64,000 nt of DNA from Eledone cirrhosa (taxonomy: Eukaryota), in the NCBI GenBank assembly GCA_964016885.1, contig OZ024743.1, forward strand, positions 143,964,001 to 144,028,000. Reading direction: 5' to 3'. Made by a program: the position numbers and the translations under genes. Within the stretch, counting starts at the first letter, position 1. The number at the start of each line of letters is the position of its first letter. Of the stretch, positions 39,790-52,697 are shown piece after piece. The notes below the pieces were generated by a model, which saw nothing but the letters and a program-made list of their open reading frames with translations, was not told where the DNA came from and searched no databases.

Positions 39790-40410
39790 TAAAGTGGAGT
39801 TCCACTGAAGCAGGTAGAGAAGTTCAAGTATCTCGGGGCCATATTCACGAGTGATGGAAGGCAGGAGGCTGATTAAGTGCAAAATTGCAAAAGCTGGTGC
39901 AGTAATGTACCAGCTTCAGTAATCAGAAGAAGGGAGGTAGGCATGCAAGCCAAACTCGCTGTCTTCGATTTGGTTTTTGTACCAACCTTAGCTATGGTCA
40001 TAAATCTTGAGTAATGGCCAAAAGAATACAATTGCGAATACAAGTGGCCGAAATGGGATTCCTGTGAAGGGTCTTAGGAGTAACATTACTTGATAAAGTG
40101 CATAGCCCAGAGATCAGAGAGTCACTCCTTCTCTGAATTGAGAGATCACAGCTCTGATACTATGGGCATGTGTTTAGAATGTTTCAGGAAAGAATCACTG
40201 GACAGATTTTACCGGCAAAACCAACCAGTAGAAGACCCAAGGGTAGACCCTGAGCAAGATGGTTGGATAGCATCCATGAACTTGGTTGGTCTTGCTTGGG
40301 GATCCAGCCGGATCAGTTGGAGATGTTGCTTCTGACAGGACCCGCTGGAAGGAGTGTTTGAGGACTCTGCCTCCACATCCCTCTCAGGAATAAGTTGGTG
40401 AAGAAGAAGG
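39790..40410 (+). mobile_element. Second RTE-clade family (Rex3/Expander-like) 3' fragment
   Basis: LKQVEKFKYLGAIFTSDG, LSYGH and RIQVAEMGFL; (GAA)n tail. Confidence 0.8.
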
Positions 40411-41869
40411 TTAATTTCAGAATGTAAAGTTTGCATGGACAAATATTTGAAGTCACTTTTGCTTCATGCCCTTGTAAAGATAACAAAACAAAACAAAAAA
40501 AATAATAAATAAAAGAAAAGAAAAATTAAGAAACAATAAAGAAATTCCCTGACATTCACAAAAGATTTCAGTTTTGTTTAGATTAACTTTCATTTTGTTT
40601 AGATTAGAAGTGAGTTGATGAGAAAATGTATTCATGCTACAACTTGTTAATATTTTCCAAGGTAAAGACACCTTTAAGAAGATTACTGCTCTACATAGGT
40701 GATTTAATGAGGGAAAGAGATTTGTTTAGTCACCCTATTACATTGCAGGATATCTACTGTAAATAACTCAACTTAATAAAATTGCTTTGGGGGAAGAAGA
40801 TACACACACAGGCCCATATATATTGAATAGCTTATGCAGTGGGTGTCGTTGACTGCTCTCCATGGCAATGCTTTCACCATATTGCCCACAGGGCACAGTT
40901 GAGATGTACCACTCAGCCAAGGGTGTAGAATTCGCCCCTCCCCCTTTTTTCCATTATTAATACCCTTCCCTTTTTTTCATTATTCAATTCCCTTTGCTTT
41001 TTCCTCTTTTTCTCTCTTGCTGTTTATTATTTTAATCCTTTTTTTTTTTAATACTTTCATCATTGTATGAAATAGCAGTTAAATCTACTTCAAACTACAC
41101 CATGCTGTCTTAGAAAAAGAAGGGCATGTTGTATGATGTAATGTAAAATACTTTATATCTGCAAAATAAAAATAAATTTGGATGGTGATGGCTGGGACAT
41201 CTTTAATGCTTCATGATATCTGACCTGGGACTAAATCACAAAAGCAACTATTTGTTTACTAATAAAAGAAAAATATATTCACTCTTAATCTTAATATATA
41301 CTAAACAGTTTATATTTAGTATATACTAAAATATGTACTGTTTACCATGTAGTCAGGGAGGAAAAGGCAATACACATGCTGCTTAAGTTTTAAGGGCCTC
41401 CACCACTGGTGGGAGGGAGGTAGGAAGTTATCCTCAAACTGGAGACTTGACTCTAACACTGGTTCTAAGTGAAGTGTATTAACTCTTAACATCCTGTAAT
41501 GATTTAGTAGAATATATGTAAAATCATGTTTAATTCAAATGTTTATAGTATGTTTACCATTGGACAGCTTGTGAAAATTTGCAGTAAACTGAAGTAAACT
41601 CTTTGATTATTTAATGTGATGCAGTCATAATGCTGCATGGTTCTTTTCAAGAATATCTTGCTAATGTGGTTAAAGGCACCCAAGTGTTAAACTGGGCAAT
41701 GGATTCCTGAATTCTTGTGGCAAGGTGAACTCCATGAGACACCTAAGATGGTGTTAAACCAGGTTACAGATTAAGTCTGCCACCCTCTAAAGTTAATATA
41801 CTCAGTTTGATGTGTGATGTTTTCATGGCTCTGTCTGAAAATTATCAAAACAATTTAGTTAATCAATCA

Positions 41870-42280
41870 CAAACAATACAATCACAAATACAAGTGGCTG
41901 AAATGGGGTTCCTCCAAAGGGTCTTTGGAGTAACATTACTCAATAGAGTATGTAACTCAGAGAGCAGAGAATTGCTCCAGGTAGATCCACTACTGCTCCA
42001 AATAGAGAAACCACAGCTCTGATATTATGGACATGTGGTTAGAATTTCTCAGAAAGAATCACTGGATAGATTTTATGGGCAAAACCAACTGGCAGGAGAC
42101 CCAGGGGTAAACCCCGAGCAGGATAGTTGGGTAACATCCATGAGCTTGGCTAGTCTTGCTTGGGAATCCAGCTAGATCAGTTGGAAACAGTTGCTTCTGA
42201 CAGGACCCACTGGAGAGAGTGTTTGAGATTTGGATTGCCTTCATGGCCTTCTCAGGAATAAGTGGGTGAAGAAGGAGAAG
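41870..42280 (+). mobile_element. Second copy of the Rex3/Expander-like 3' fragment
   Basis: QIQVAEMGFLQRVFGVTLLNRV; colinear with 40025-40410. Confidence 0.8.
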
Positions 42281-42900
42281 AATCACAAACATTCCAGGTC
42301 TAAGAAAAATGTGACCATAGTTTGTTTGGCTCTAGAAAGTACTTTATAACCTTGTACAACAGCTTAGGAATAATTAATAGCTGTGTGAGGAGGATCATCA
42401 CCCTTTTGTAGCGTAGACATTTGACATTTATATCTCTGCAGCTAAATATTATATTGTCACATTTCTAAAGTGTTAGGTTAGATTAGATAAGTTCTTTGTC
42501 CATTGCTAACATGTTGTTAATGAAACCAGCTTGCTGCCTTCACTTTCAGTATTCAGAATACTTGTTGTTAAATGGGACAACGAAAATAAGTTTCACCTGT
42601 AATGGTAGTTGTGACAGTAGTGGCGGTGGTAGTAGTAGTCACAGGCTAATGACTAATTTTTGTACAGTTCCATATAATGTAATCTATGAGTTAACCCTTT
42701 TGATACCAAGCCACATGAAACTGCCATAGATTCTACAATACAAAGCTGTTTATTTTAGTGTTTATATTTATCTAAAAACCTTCCATTATACGGGGTTGAT
42801 AAAATAAAGCTTCAGTGATGCACTGAGGGTCGATTTAATCGACTTTCTCTGCCCCTAAAATTGTTGGCTTTGTGCCTTAATAAGATACCAATATTATTAT

Positions 42901-43560
42901 TTTTTTTATTCATTTGCACTGAGATGATCTTATTAACACGGGATCATTTAATTGACTCCCTATCAAGTTATGTAACCCTAAATAAACATTACTTTCTGCA
43001 GGATATTTACTGTTGTCAAAAGTGTTGTTTTTTTGCAATGTCATAATGCTGGGATTAATTCCAATTCTATCAAGGTTTTCTGGCACTGACTCAAGTACTC
43101 CAACCACAGTTGGTACCACTCTTGCTTTCATATTCTACATTCTCTTGACATCTATTCTCAAGTCTGCATACTTTACGATTTTCTTGTTTTCTTTACCATT
43201 GATGTAATAGTCCCCTAGTGAAGCTACATTGATCAACAAACACCTCCTTTCAGTACCTTTCTCTACCAAAGTTATGTCTGGCCTTGTGTTATCAAGAACT
43301 TCATCTGTCTGGATTGTAAAGTCCCACAAGAGTTTCACAGTTTAATTTTCTCGGACCTTAGTAGTTGCAACCCCATATTTCTTGTATAAAGGACCAATGG
43401 AAGTGTAAACACTTTATTGTGACGTCTTTTATATTCCGTCTGTGCAAGCATGTCACAGGCACTCACAATATGTCACACTTTCCATCTTCTTTCCACACAA
43501 CCTTCACTTATTTGTTTCATCTGGGTTATACATATTTTTTATTGAGTTTGTGTTTAGTGC
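42901..43560 (-). mobile_element. R4/Dong-clade non-LTR 3' fragment (CCHC finger and restriction-like endonuclease)
   Basis: LCGKKMESVT..IVSACDMLAQTEYKRRHNKV, LLWDFTIQTD..RPDI, KIVKYADL and VVPTVVGVLE; it ends next to AATAATAAT on its sense strand. Confidence 0.85.
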
Positions 43561-44297
43561 TTCATCTTGAGCAGTATCAATAAACTTTTTGTCTCTTTCT
43601 TAAGATCACCTTTATCAACCGATTTCATGAAGATCATACTTTTACTTCCTTCGATTTTACTTTTACTTACTTCTCTTTCAAATTGATCATGTAATGTTCA
43701 TACTTATATTAAAACCTTCCATCATAATTATATTTAAGAATTTTTTGTTAAGTAATGTTTCAAACATCAGCTTAGTAATGAAAAGTTTAGTTATCTCATT
43801 AAATTCTTAGATTTTTTAAAACTGATACACCTAGGCAGTATATTTCATATAAGATATGGTAACAGAAGAGCTAATACTTTCAAAATAAAATCTTATATCT
43901 ATCGTTATATAAACATAGATTTGTGTGTGGTGTATATTTATATACATTCAAAGGTGAGGATTTACTCAAGCCCAGTTTCTCAGCCAGCTGTCTCTGTTTG
44001 AAATTTTCTTTATTTTTTATTGTTTCAATGTATAGGCCTCTGCTTTTGACAACATTATTATTATTATTATTATTATTATTGAATGCTATGGTTGACGGAG
44101 GCTCGGCTCTGTAAGGTATTGTAAATTTTGAACGCTATAACAATTGTAAATTGTTTAAAACTTTAAACAACTTGTAGACAAAAACACCCTCCTCCTCGTG
44201 AGAGGGGTCTTTCTGCCCGTTATTTGGCCCTTCGGGGTTAAATAACTGCTTATTGGGGTTTTGTGCCCAATATTTATTTTAAACAAAAAAAAACAAC

Positions 44298-46367
44298 ATG
44301 GCTTCGAAAAAGAATTTTCATAGGTCACTCCCACTCATTCCGTCTTTTTCTTCCTCAATCATCACTACAGCAGAGAGAAGATTGTCTCTCTCCCTCCCTT
44401 CTTTAAATGTGTCTCTCTCCCTCCCTTCTCTTTCGCAAGCGACGAAAAAAAGAAAAGTCTCGTGCAAAGCGTGCAAGATTTCTCCACGACGACGACGACA
44501 ACGACGACGAAACAGGTGTGCGGGAAATACGAAAACCCATTTCATTCGTCTGACGTCAGGAATAATAGCAGTAGCAGCCGTAATAACAACAGCAACAGTG
44601 ACAATGAAAACAACAGTAGCAGCCGCAACAGCATCAGCAGCAGCATAAACAACAACAGCATTAGCAGCAGCAACAACAACAACAACCACAGCAACAGCGG
44701 CGGCGGCAGTAGTTGTAGTACCTGCAGCAACAACAAAAGTAACAGCAGCTCTAACGACAACAACAACAACAACAACAGCAGCAAAGAAAAACCAATCTCG
44801 TTTGCAGGTATCGCGAAGAACCTGGAAACAATCCTCATAACAAATGAGGAATTAGAGGAAGCGAAGAAGATGGTGACAAAAACTGGACACCGAGCAATCT
44901 GCAAGGCAGTGGAAAAAATTTTCGAAACCCAACAGCACTGTACGGTCACGTACCGTACAGTAAGTACAAAATCCCGTAGGGTGGAAAGAGCCACAGAGGC
45001 TCAAATACAAAAAGCCTTGGGGTCTGTGTGGCAGCGGAAAACACACATCACCCGAGGCAAGAAATATGCCACCGTAGACGTACTTTTTGCCACACCCCAG
45101 GAGGCAAAAGCTCAATCCGTAGTGACCCTAAGGAGCGAGGAAATGGTGTTGGTGCCCTCCTACTGCGGGCAAAAAATTGTGAGGGTCAAACTGACCCACG
45201 TCCCCCCCGGGATGGCCTCTTCTTGGCTGGCCGCGTCTGTCCTCGTCAGAATCGAGGACAAAACAACTGTACTGCAAGTACAGAAAAAAGTAATTGAAGA
45301 TTGGGTCGGCACCTCCATTGAGATGTTAATCCAAACCAACCAGGAGTGCATCGAAGCTATCCCGGATGTGATAGACTTCGATAACGGCACTCAACTGCCC
45401 ATAAGTGTTGAGGGCAAACGCCCGAAATGCTTTCACTGTGCATCGAAGACTCACCTCAGGGCCTTCTGCAATGAGAAGACCCAGAGAAAGGAGAAAACCC
45501 CCTCCTTCCGAAACCGGCTCCACGGCTACCAGCAACAGGACAAGCGGCAACCAGGAACGATAGGTCCGTGGCACCCATACCCACGCCACGGAAATCAAAA
45601 ACAGCAGCAGCAGTGGAAGTATTAACAACAACAACAACAGCAATACCAAATGCAGCTGCAACAGAGACTCCAGGGCAAACATCACCAACAACAAAAAGTG
45701 AAAGAGTGGAGCTGGTACCCCTCCCTAACCTCACAGAATCAGACATGGAGTGTGAGGTGGGAGAGGGATGGCAAAAGGTCGTAAGAAGGCACAAACGCAG
45801 AAGCAGCGCATCGTCGCCTTTGAAAAGGGAGGAAAGAGACTCACAGCAGCAACACCACCAACACCATCACTACCCACGCTAGCACCACCATCACCACCGG
45901 CGACAACCCCACCGCCAACAACACCTTCAACACCACCACCACAAGCACCAACACCGCAAACACAACAACAGAACACACACACCCAGCAACGACAAGAAAA
46001 TAGCAGAACCACACCCCACCCCCAGAAAAACAAATGCACGGCAATAAATATACACAACAAGAAACTAATGACTTACATAATTGAACACACAGACATTTCA
46101 CAACACGACTACATAATACCAGCACCAATCAAAACTCCAACTAACATAAGACTGCTAAAAATAGCACAGAAACAATACACAAACATTAAAACGAAATTCC
46201 TCAACGCAGTTGGTGATTTCAGGGACCTAGGAGGAACTATCAATCGAAGAGTATATTCGGACATACTCATAGAAGAGCCGACGACCAGCCGAAGGGACGA
46301 TTCAACGGTCCCTTCACCAGACGATCAAGTGAAAAGGGATGTAAAAACCATCCCTCCTCTACGGTAA
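44298..46367 (+). pseudogene. LINE ORF1 (RRM-like region, CCHC knuckle, low-complexity tracts), three frameshifts
   Basis: ATG in context CAACATGG; ISFAGIAK, VRVKLTHVPP and VEGKRPKCFHCASKTHLRAFC. Frames join at homopolymers near 44445, 45499 and 45825. Confidence 0.8.
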
Positions 46368-46402
46368 GTGGTTTTTCCCATCTTTTCCACTCTATTTTAA
46401 AC

Positions 46403-49400
46403 ATGACCTCATTCAGAATAGGCAGCATAAATGCGCGTGGCTTGGGGTCGTCATGGAAGCAGGGTCACCTGCTCAACGACCTCAGGTCACTAAACATAGA
46501 TGTAGTGGCCATCAGCGAGACCAGAATCTCTGAAGCACGGGCCTTTGCACCGATCTTCGGCGGCTACGATGTGTACGCATCTCCCAGCCTTCCTGGATCG
46601 GGGGGAGGAGTTGCTGTGCTTTTTCGGAGAGGTTTGGATCTCACCATACGGGCCATCTTCCTGGACCCAGAGGGTAAGCTGGTGGTGCTGGACGTGACCA
46701 GCGGAGACGGGCAAGCTTTCAGGCTAGTGGCCGTCTATGCCCCGACAGGAGCAGGGCGGCCTGATTTCTTCCGGCGTCTGGAGACCTTTCTTGGAACGTC
46801 CCGCTCTTTAGTGTTAGTGGGCGACTGGAACGGGATCTTAGATGCACGCTGGGATTGTGTGGGTTTAGCGGATAGGGGTGGAGGGTGCAAGAGCCTCACC
46901 AACCTGCTCAGGCGTTTTGAACTGTCTGACAGGTACCGATTGGATTTCCCGAATGTGCCAATGTGGACTTGGACAAATCGCATATGGTCATCCAGATCAT
47001 ATCTAGATAGAGTATTTTGTAGGGAAATAGATAGGTCTAGCATAGGCTGTCCACAATTCAAGATAGTCAGCTACACAGACCACAAATTCGTGATCTGTCT
47101 GCTTGACTTAGATAGACTTCATAGACGAGGACCCGGCTACTGGAAGCTAAACGCGTCCTTACCAGCGCGCAAGGCCTACAGAGACCGGATTAGCGAACTA
47201 GTTAAGCGGGCGTTGACGGGGGCCATCGTCAACAACAAGTGGTGGTTTGCTCTGAAAAGAGCGATTAGAATAGAATCCATTAGGTTTAGTAAGGCTTTAG
47301 CAATAGAGAAAAATAGAGCAGAGGGAGAACTACTTAGAAAATTAGATGAGGCGCTTAGCAAAGGCTTGCGGCGAAATTGGCCCTTGACCAATTCTTCAAT
47401 GCAAAGCACGAAGGCTGCGTTGTCAGAGCAAGGGTGCGTGCTCTCAGACACGAGGGGACGAAAGCCGTTCAATGGGCCCGAGTGGCGGAGGCGCGTCGTG
47501 GCAACAAAGCCACGATCAGGTCTTTGGTGGACCACGACGGGCGCATGCTACTCGATCCCGGGCAAATGTGTGAAGCTTTTCAGCGACACTTCGCTCAGCT
47601 GTTCGGGGGCAGCGTTGGGCCGGGTCGAGGGATGGACTTTAGTGTCTACCTCGACGGACTGCCGCGGCTCTTGGCCACTGAGGCGGAGTGTTGCGATAAG
47701 CCGATAACAGCCGCTGAAGTAAGGGAGGCAATGACTGGCTGCACAAGGGGTAAATCGCCTGGTTTGGATGGTCTGCCCTATGAACTTTACGTACAGATGC
47801 CAGACTTGTTCGGAGGCCTCTTGGCGGACGTCTACTGCAACTGGCAACAGAACGGGAGAATTCCCAGTTCTGTGAGCCGAGGAGCGGTGGCACTGCTGAG
47901 AAAGGATCCGAACAAGAGGGATAACATAGATAATTTCCGGCCCATAACTCTGCTAAACACAGAGTTCAAGATTTTGGCCAAGGTGCTAGCAAAGAGGTTG
48001 GCGCTTGTCGTTGGTGGTCTGGTGGGAGAGGCGCAGACATGCGCCATTCCCGACAGATCCATCCACGACAACCTCCACCTCATGCGATACATCGTAGAGA
48101 GGGTAGCTAGGGAACCTGGCACCGGTGGGTCCTTGATCAATTTAGATCAGTCGAAAGCTTTCGATCAGGTCGAACATCGTTACCTAGCGGCAGTCCTGAG
48201 GGCAGCTGGCTTTGGGCCCGTCTTCAGAGGCTGGATCGCTGCCATGCACAGCGACATCTGCTCTGTGGTGAGAGTGAACGGTCACCTGTCGGAACCGTTC
48301 AACATCATGCGCTCGGTCCGCCAAGGATGTCCCCTCTCGTCCCTCTTGTACGTATTGACTCTCGAGCCATTACTGCACAAACTGGAGACGTTGAGGGGGG
48401 ACCCCCCGCGTGAACTAGGATGCGGAAGATCTGTGTCAGCATATGCGGACGATGTCACCGTAGTGGTGTCGAACGCCAAACACATTGAGGCGATCGGCAC
48501 TACACTAAGAGAATACGAAGCGGTGACAGGAGCAATGATCAACCAGGAAAAGTCAGTGGGCCTGCAGCTCGGCACCTGGAGAGGCAGGTCCATGCCGTCC
48601 AACAGCGTCGTCAGACGCTGGACGGACCGGTTAAATTGCTAGGGGTCTGGTTCGGTCCGGACCTCCAGACGGACAAAAACTGGGACGAGGTGACGAGCAG
48701 GGTGGCTTCTCTCACCCAGAAATGGGCGGAGAGGAAGCTATCCCTGAAAGGTCGAGCGGAGGTGGCTAACGCGTACATCGCGTCTGTCATCTGCTACCGC
48801 CTGACCGTCGTACCTTGTCCTAAGCCTCGCCTGACTGCACTGGAGCGTTTGCTCTTTCGTTTTTTGTGGAAGGGACGCGCTCCGATGGTCAGGCGGTCCA
48901 TCTGTTGTCAACACCCGCTACGTGGAGGGCTGGGCATGCCGTGGCTGATGATGCGCAGGCACGCGCTCAGGCTACGACATCTCCACCTCTTCCTCGACGG
49001 TGATCAGGTGTGGTCGCCGTTTGCTAGACACGTATTTCCCCAGCTCATTTCCTTGACGGAGCTGCAGTCCTGGGTCAAGCGAAGACCGAGAGGGAGCGCC
49101 TGGAGACTGGAATGTCTTCAGGCGCTCACAGCCCTCGACCAATCGGGCAATGTGATCGGTGGAAACCCCACCTCGGCGTTCTATAGAGGATTAGTGGAGG
49201 GGAAGAGCGACGACGTACTTGGGGAAACTCTAGGTGTCGACGAAAATCAACTAGCCAATCTCTTCGGAAGAACTTTCGGGCCGGGGCCTATGGACAACTT
49301 CCAGAAATCTCTAGCCTGGCAGTGCTACCGAGGAGCCTTGCCAGTTCGGGATAAACTCTACAGGCATGGAGGTGCCGTCAGCCGGGCATGTCCGAGATGC

Positions 49401-49805
49401 GCGCAGGGTGACGAAACCGTCCTGCACGCACTCGTCCAGTGTCCGAAAATTGCTGACTTGTGGGTTTATGTCGAACACCTGCTGTCGCGTTTAGGACGGA
49501 TCCGGCTATCATCTGAGTCCATCGTGAGGATTGCCCCGCCCTCCTCCTTTAGCCGGGAAGGGCAGGCAGTTTTTATCTGTCTGGTGGCCATGGCGAAAGA
49601 GATAGTATGGTGGACACGTTTGAAAGGGCTGAAGACGAGCACTTACCTCTTCGGTGATGCTCTGATTGACTTTTTCAAATTTCATTTGAAAAGGAAAATC
49701 AGAGTAGAGAGGGAAGTGCTCTCTTCCCAGCATTTTGTTGAAAGATGGGTGAGAGAAGCAAGAATGGCCCGAGTGAATGGGCCTACTCTGAGTATATATC
49801 TGTAA
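46403..49805 (+). pseudogene. LINE ORF2: AP endonuclease, reverse transcriptase and zf-RVT finger, two frameshifts
   Basis: SINARGL, AISET, VYAP, VGDWN, YLDRV, TDH, GPGYWKLN; KSPGLDG, FRPITLLN, LDQSKAFD, RQGCPLS, AYADD; CPRC..ETVLHALVQC. Breaks near 47365 and 48625. Confidence 0.95.
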
Positions 49806-50090
49806 ATTAAAGGTGGAAAACTGGGAGAGGGCACTTGCCTTGGTGGTCAGGGTCATTGTGGCCTTTTACTGGGCTTTCTCCACAAATGTCACTTCGAAGT
49901 CTCCCCCCTATTGGGGAAATTTTTCATTGTTATTTTTTGTTACATCCTCTGTTTTTGTTTTTTTACACGCAGAAATGCCCATTTGTACCGTCCTGTATTG
50001 TCCTGCACTGTCCTTAATGTCTACTTTATGTAAACCCTTGTGGTTAATAAATAAATCATTATTATTACTATTATTATTATTATTATTATT

Positions 50091-50500
50091 AGGTGGTGGA
50101 TGGGCATAATCAGTAGAATATCAGACACCATGTTTTGCAACATAGTCATGGCCCTTTACGTTCTGAGTTCAAATCCTGCAAAGGTTAACTTTGCCTTTCA
50201 TCTTTATGGGGGTCGATAAAATAAAGCACCAGTAATACGCAGGGGTCGATTTAATCGACTTTCCCCTCTCCCCAAATTGCTGGTCTTGTGCTTATTGTAA
50301 AAATCATTATTATTATTATTATTTGGCAGTATCAGTAGAGGGTCTGATGGCATGCTTTGCAGCAAAGAGTTATGGCCCTTTATGGTCTGAGTTCAAATCT
50401 CGCTGAGGTTAACTTTGCCTTTCATCCTTATGGGGTCAATAAAATAAAGTACCAGTAATACACTGGGATAATTTCTGGCCTTGTGCCAAAAGTAGAAACA
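50091..50500 (+). mobile_element. Two tandem SINE family A copies, each bounded by (ATT)n
   Basis: Copies at ~50091-50305 and ~50324-50500, separated and followed by ATT runs. Confidence 0.88.
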
Positions 50501-52697
50501 ATTATTATTATTATTATTATTGAAATCAAAATAGAAGCTTTGCTGAAACATTGACTAAATAATTGTTTCTACTTTAGGCACAAGGCCAGCAATTACCCAG
50601 TGCATTACTGGTACTTTAAACCCACTGGAAAAAGGTGGGTATCAGCACACATACACATCATTTTCTGTTCAGTAGGTTTATACATCCCATTATTAGACTA
50701 TACTATGTAGTCAATGTTATGGTGAAGCTTCTATTTTTATTTCAATTCTGAACTTTGCTCACTGTGTTCCAAACATACTTCCATCACCGTCATCACCATG
50801 GCAGTGGATTGGGAGAGTTGTTGGAGCATTGGACAAAAATGCTTTGTGGTGTTTGTTTCAACTTCATATTCTTAGTTCAAATCTCACCAAGTTCAACTTT
50901 GCTTTTCATCCTTCTGTGGTCAATAAAATATGAGTCAAGTACTGGGATCAATGTTCCCTTCTCAAACTGCTGACCTTGTGCCTAATTTAGAAGCCATTAT
51001 TGTTGTTGTTCTTGTCATTGTCATCATTGCCACTGCTGCTGCTGTTGTTGAATCTGAACTCACTGGTGATATGCCATACTACAAAAGAACCATCCACTGG
51101 TACAGTCACTGTGACATTAAAAGTAAATGTGGTGTGAGACAGGAAGCTGCATTGGTTGATACTTGAATGGAGAGATGATGCAAGGTTTGAGAGGACTATT
51201 CAGTCTGACCTTGCATGTGACAACATCTCTGGTGCTGGTGCCATGATAAAATACACCAACTACACTCTCTAAAGTGCTAGTGTTGCTACCATGATAAAAT
51301 TCACCCTGTTCAATTTGTAAAGTAATGGTGATGGTGTTGGTATCATGAAAAATGTACTCAACATACCTTGTAATATGGTTGATTTTAGGAAAAGCATCCA
51401 GCCATAGAACCATGCCAAATATAGAATCTAACAAGCAAGAGTGTTTGCCCAACTTGTTTGATTTTGGCCTGTGACAACTTGTCCAACCCATGCCAGTATA
51501 GAAAGCAATAAATGTAAATAAGGATGATAATGAACGTATGATAAAAATACACTTTAAATGAAATATTTAATTTGTTCTCATTTCTGTAGTAACCATACAT
51601 ACCTTAAACATGACTGTATTGCCTATTTTGACCTCATATTTGGGTTTATCTCAAAAAGGTATTCTATCTGGTAGCTAAAGCTATTTTATAGGTTGCTGTT
51701 ATCATTTGTCACCAGAGGGCTGTGACATTTATCAAAGTGACGCTTTCTATATATATATCATCATTATCATTGTATCATTTCTTGTGTTATATTTTGTCAA
51801 AAAGATATATATATATATATGTGGATTTTACTATTGAATCTAAATAGTTGCTAATACCTATAGTTAATATGATCACTGACTATGGATGGGCATTTAGTTC
51901 TATTAATATGTTGGTAAGTACAAAAGAGTTCCCTTTTTTCTTCTATTGCTTTGAGAAAAATCTAAAACAAGAATTGTTCTTTTTATCTTGAACTAAACAA
52001 CTTGGAATTCTCAATTTCACAATCATATTTTCAATTTAACTGTTTTAATACCAACCCACCTGAAAGCATTCTGAATTTCTTAGACAAAACTGCTCATTTT
52101 AAGATGTCCATAATTATGTTAAAACCTTCCATCATGATTTTATTTGAGAAAGTTTTGTTAAGTAATATTTCAAACATCAGTTTACTAATGAAAAGTTTAT
52201 ATCGTTAAATTCCTAAATTTTCAAAACTGTGTATTTCATTTAAAATATGGTAACAAAGAGCTAGTAGTTTCAAAATAAAATATTATATTTATCGATATAT
52301 AAACATAGATATATACATGTGTGTGTGGTGTGTATTTATATACATTCAAAGGTGAGGATTTACCTTATTGTTACTTAGAGTTTCTTATTTTGTGTTATCC
52401 TTGAGATGAAGAGAAAATAATCTCTGCTGCATGTATTGAGTATCTTTTCCTCTTGTTTTGTACATGCATATATATATATATATATATATAAAAATTAAAC
52501 AGAATACAATATGGCAAAACAATGCTGTACAATGGAGATATATATTAGTTTAATAGTTGATTTAATAGGAAAAAAGTTTTAACGTTTTTGACATTAGTTC
52601 TTCACTAGAATTAGAAATAACAGAAGCAATATAAAGAAAGGGAGCATGTGAAAAGGAAGAAACAGAAAAACAACTTTTTTTGGTGGTGTTCAATTAA

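Larger units (their letters stand above)
44081..50057 (+). mobile_element. Apparently full-length Tx1/L1-clade LINE inserted in (ATT)n
   Basis: (ATT)n on both flanks (44054-44080, 50058-50090), structured 5' UTR, ORF1 and ORF2, 3' UTR ending AATAAATAAATC; GC content far above the flanks. Confidence 0.93.

Noticed and set aside
44318-49856. Antisense ORFs over the LINE, and over the RTE copies (e.g. 17749-18441)
   Set aside because: These are shadow frames of the retroelement ORFs with no recognisable motifs.
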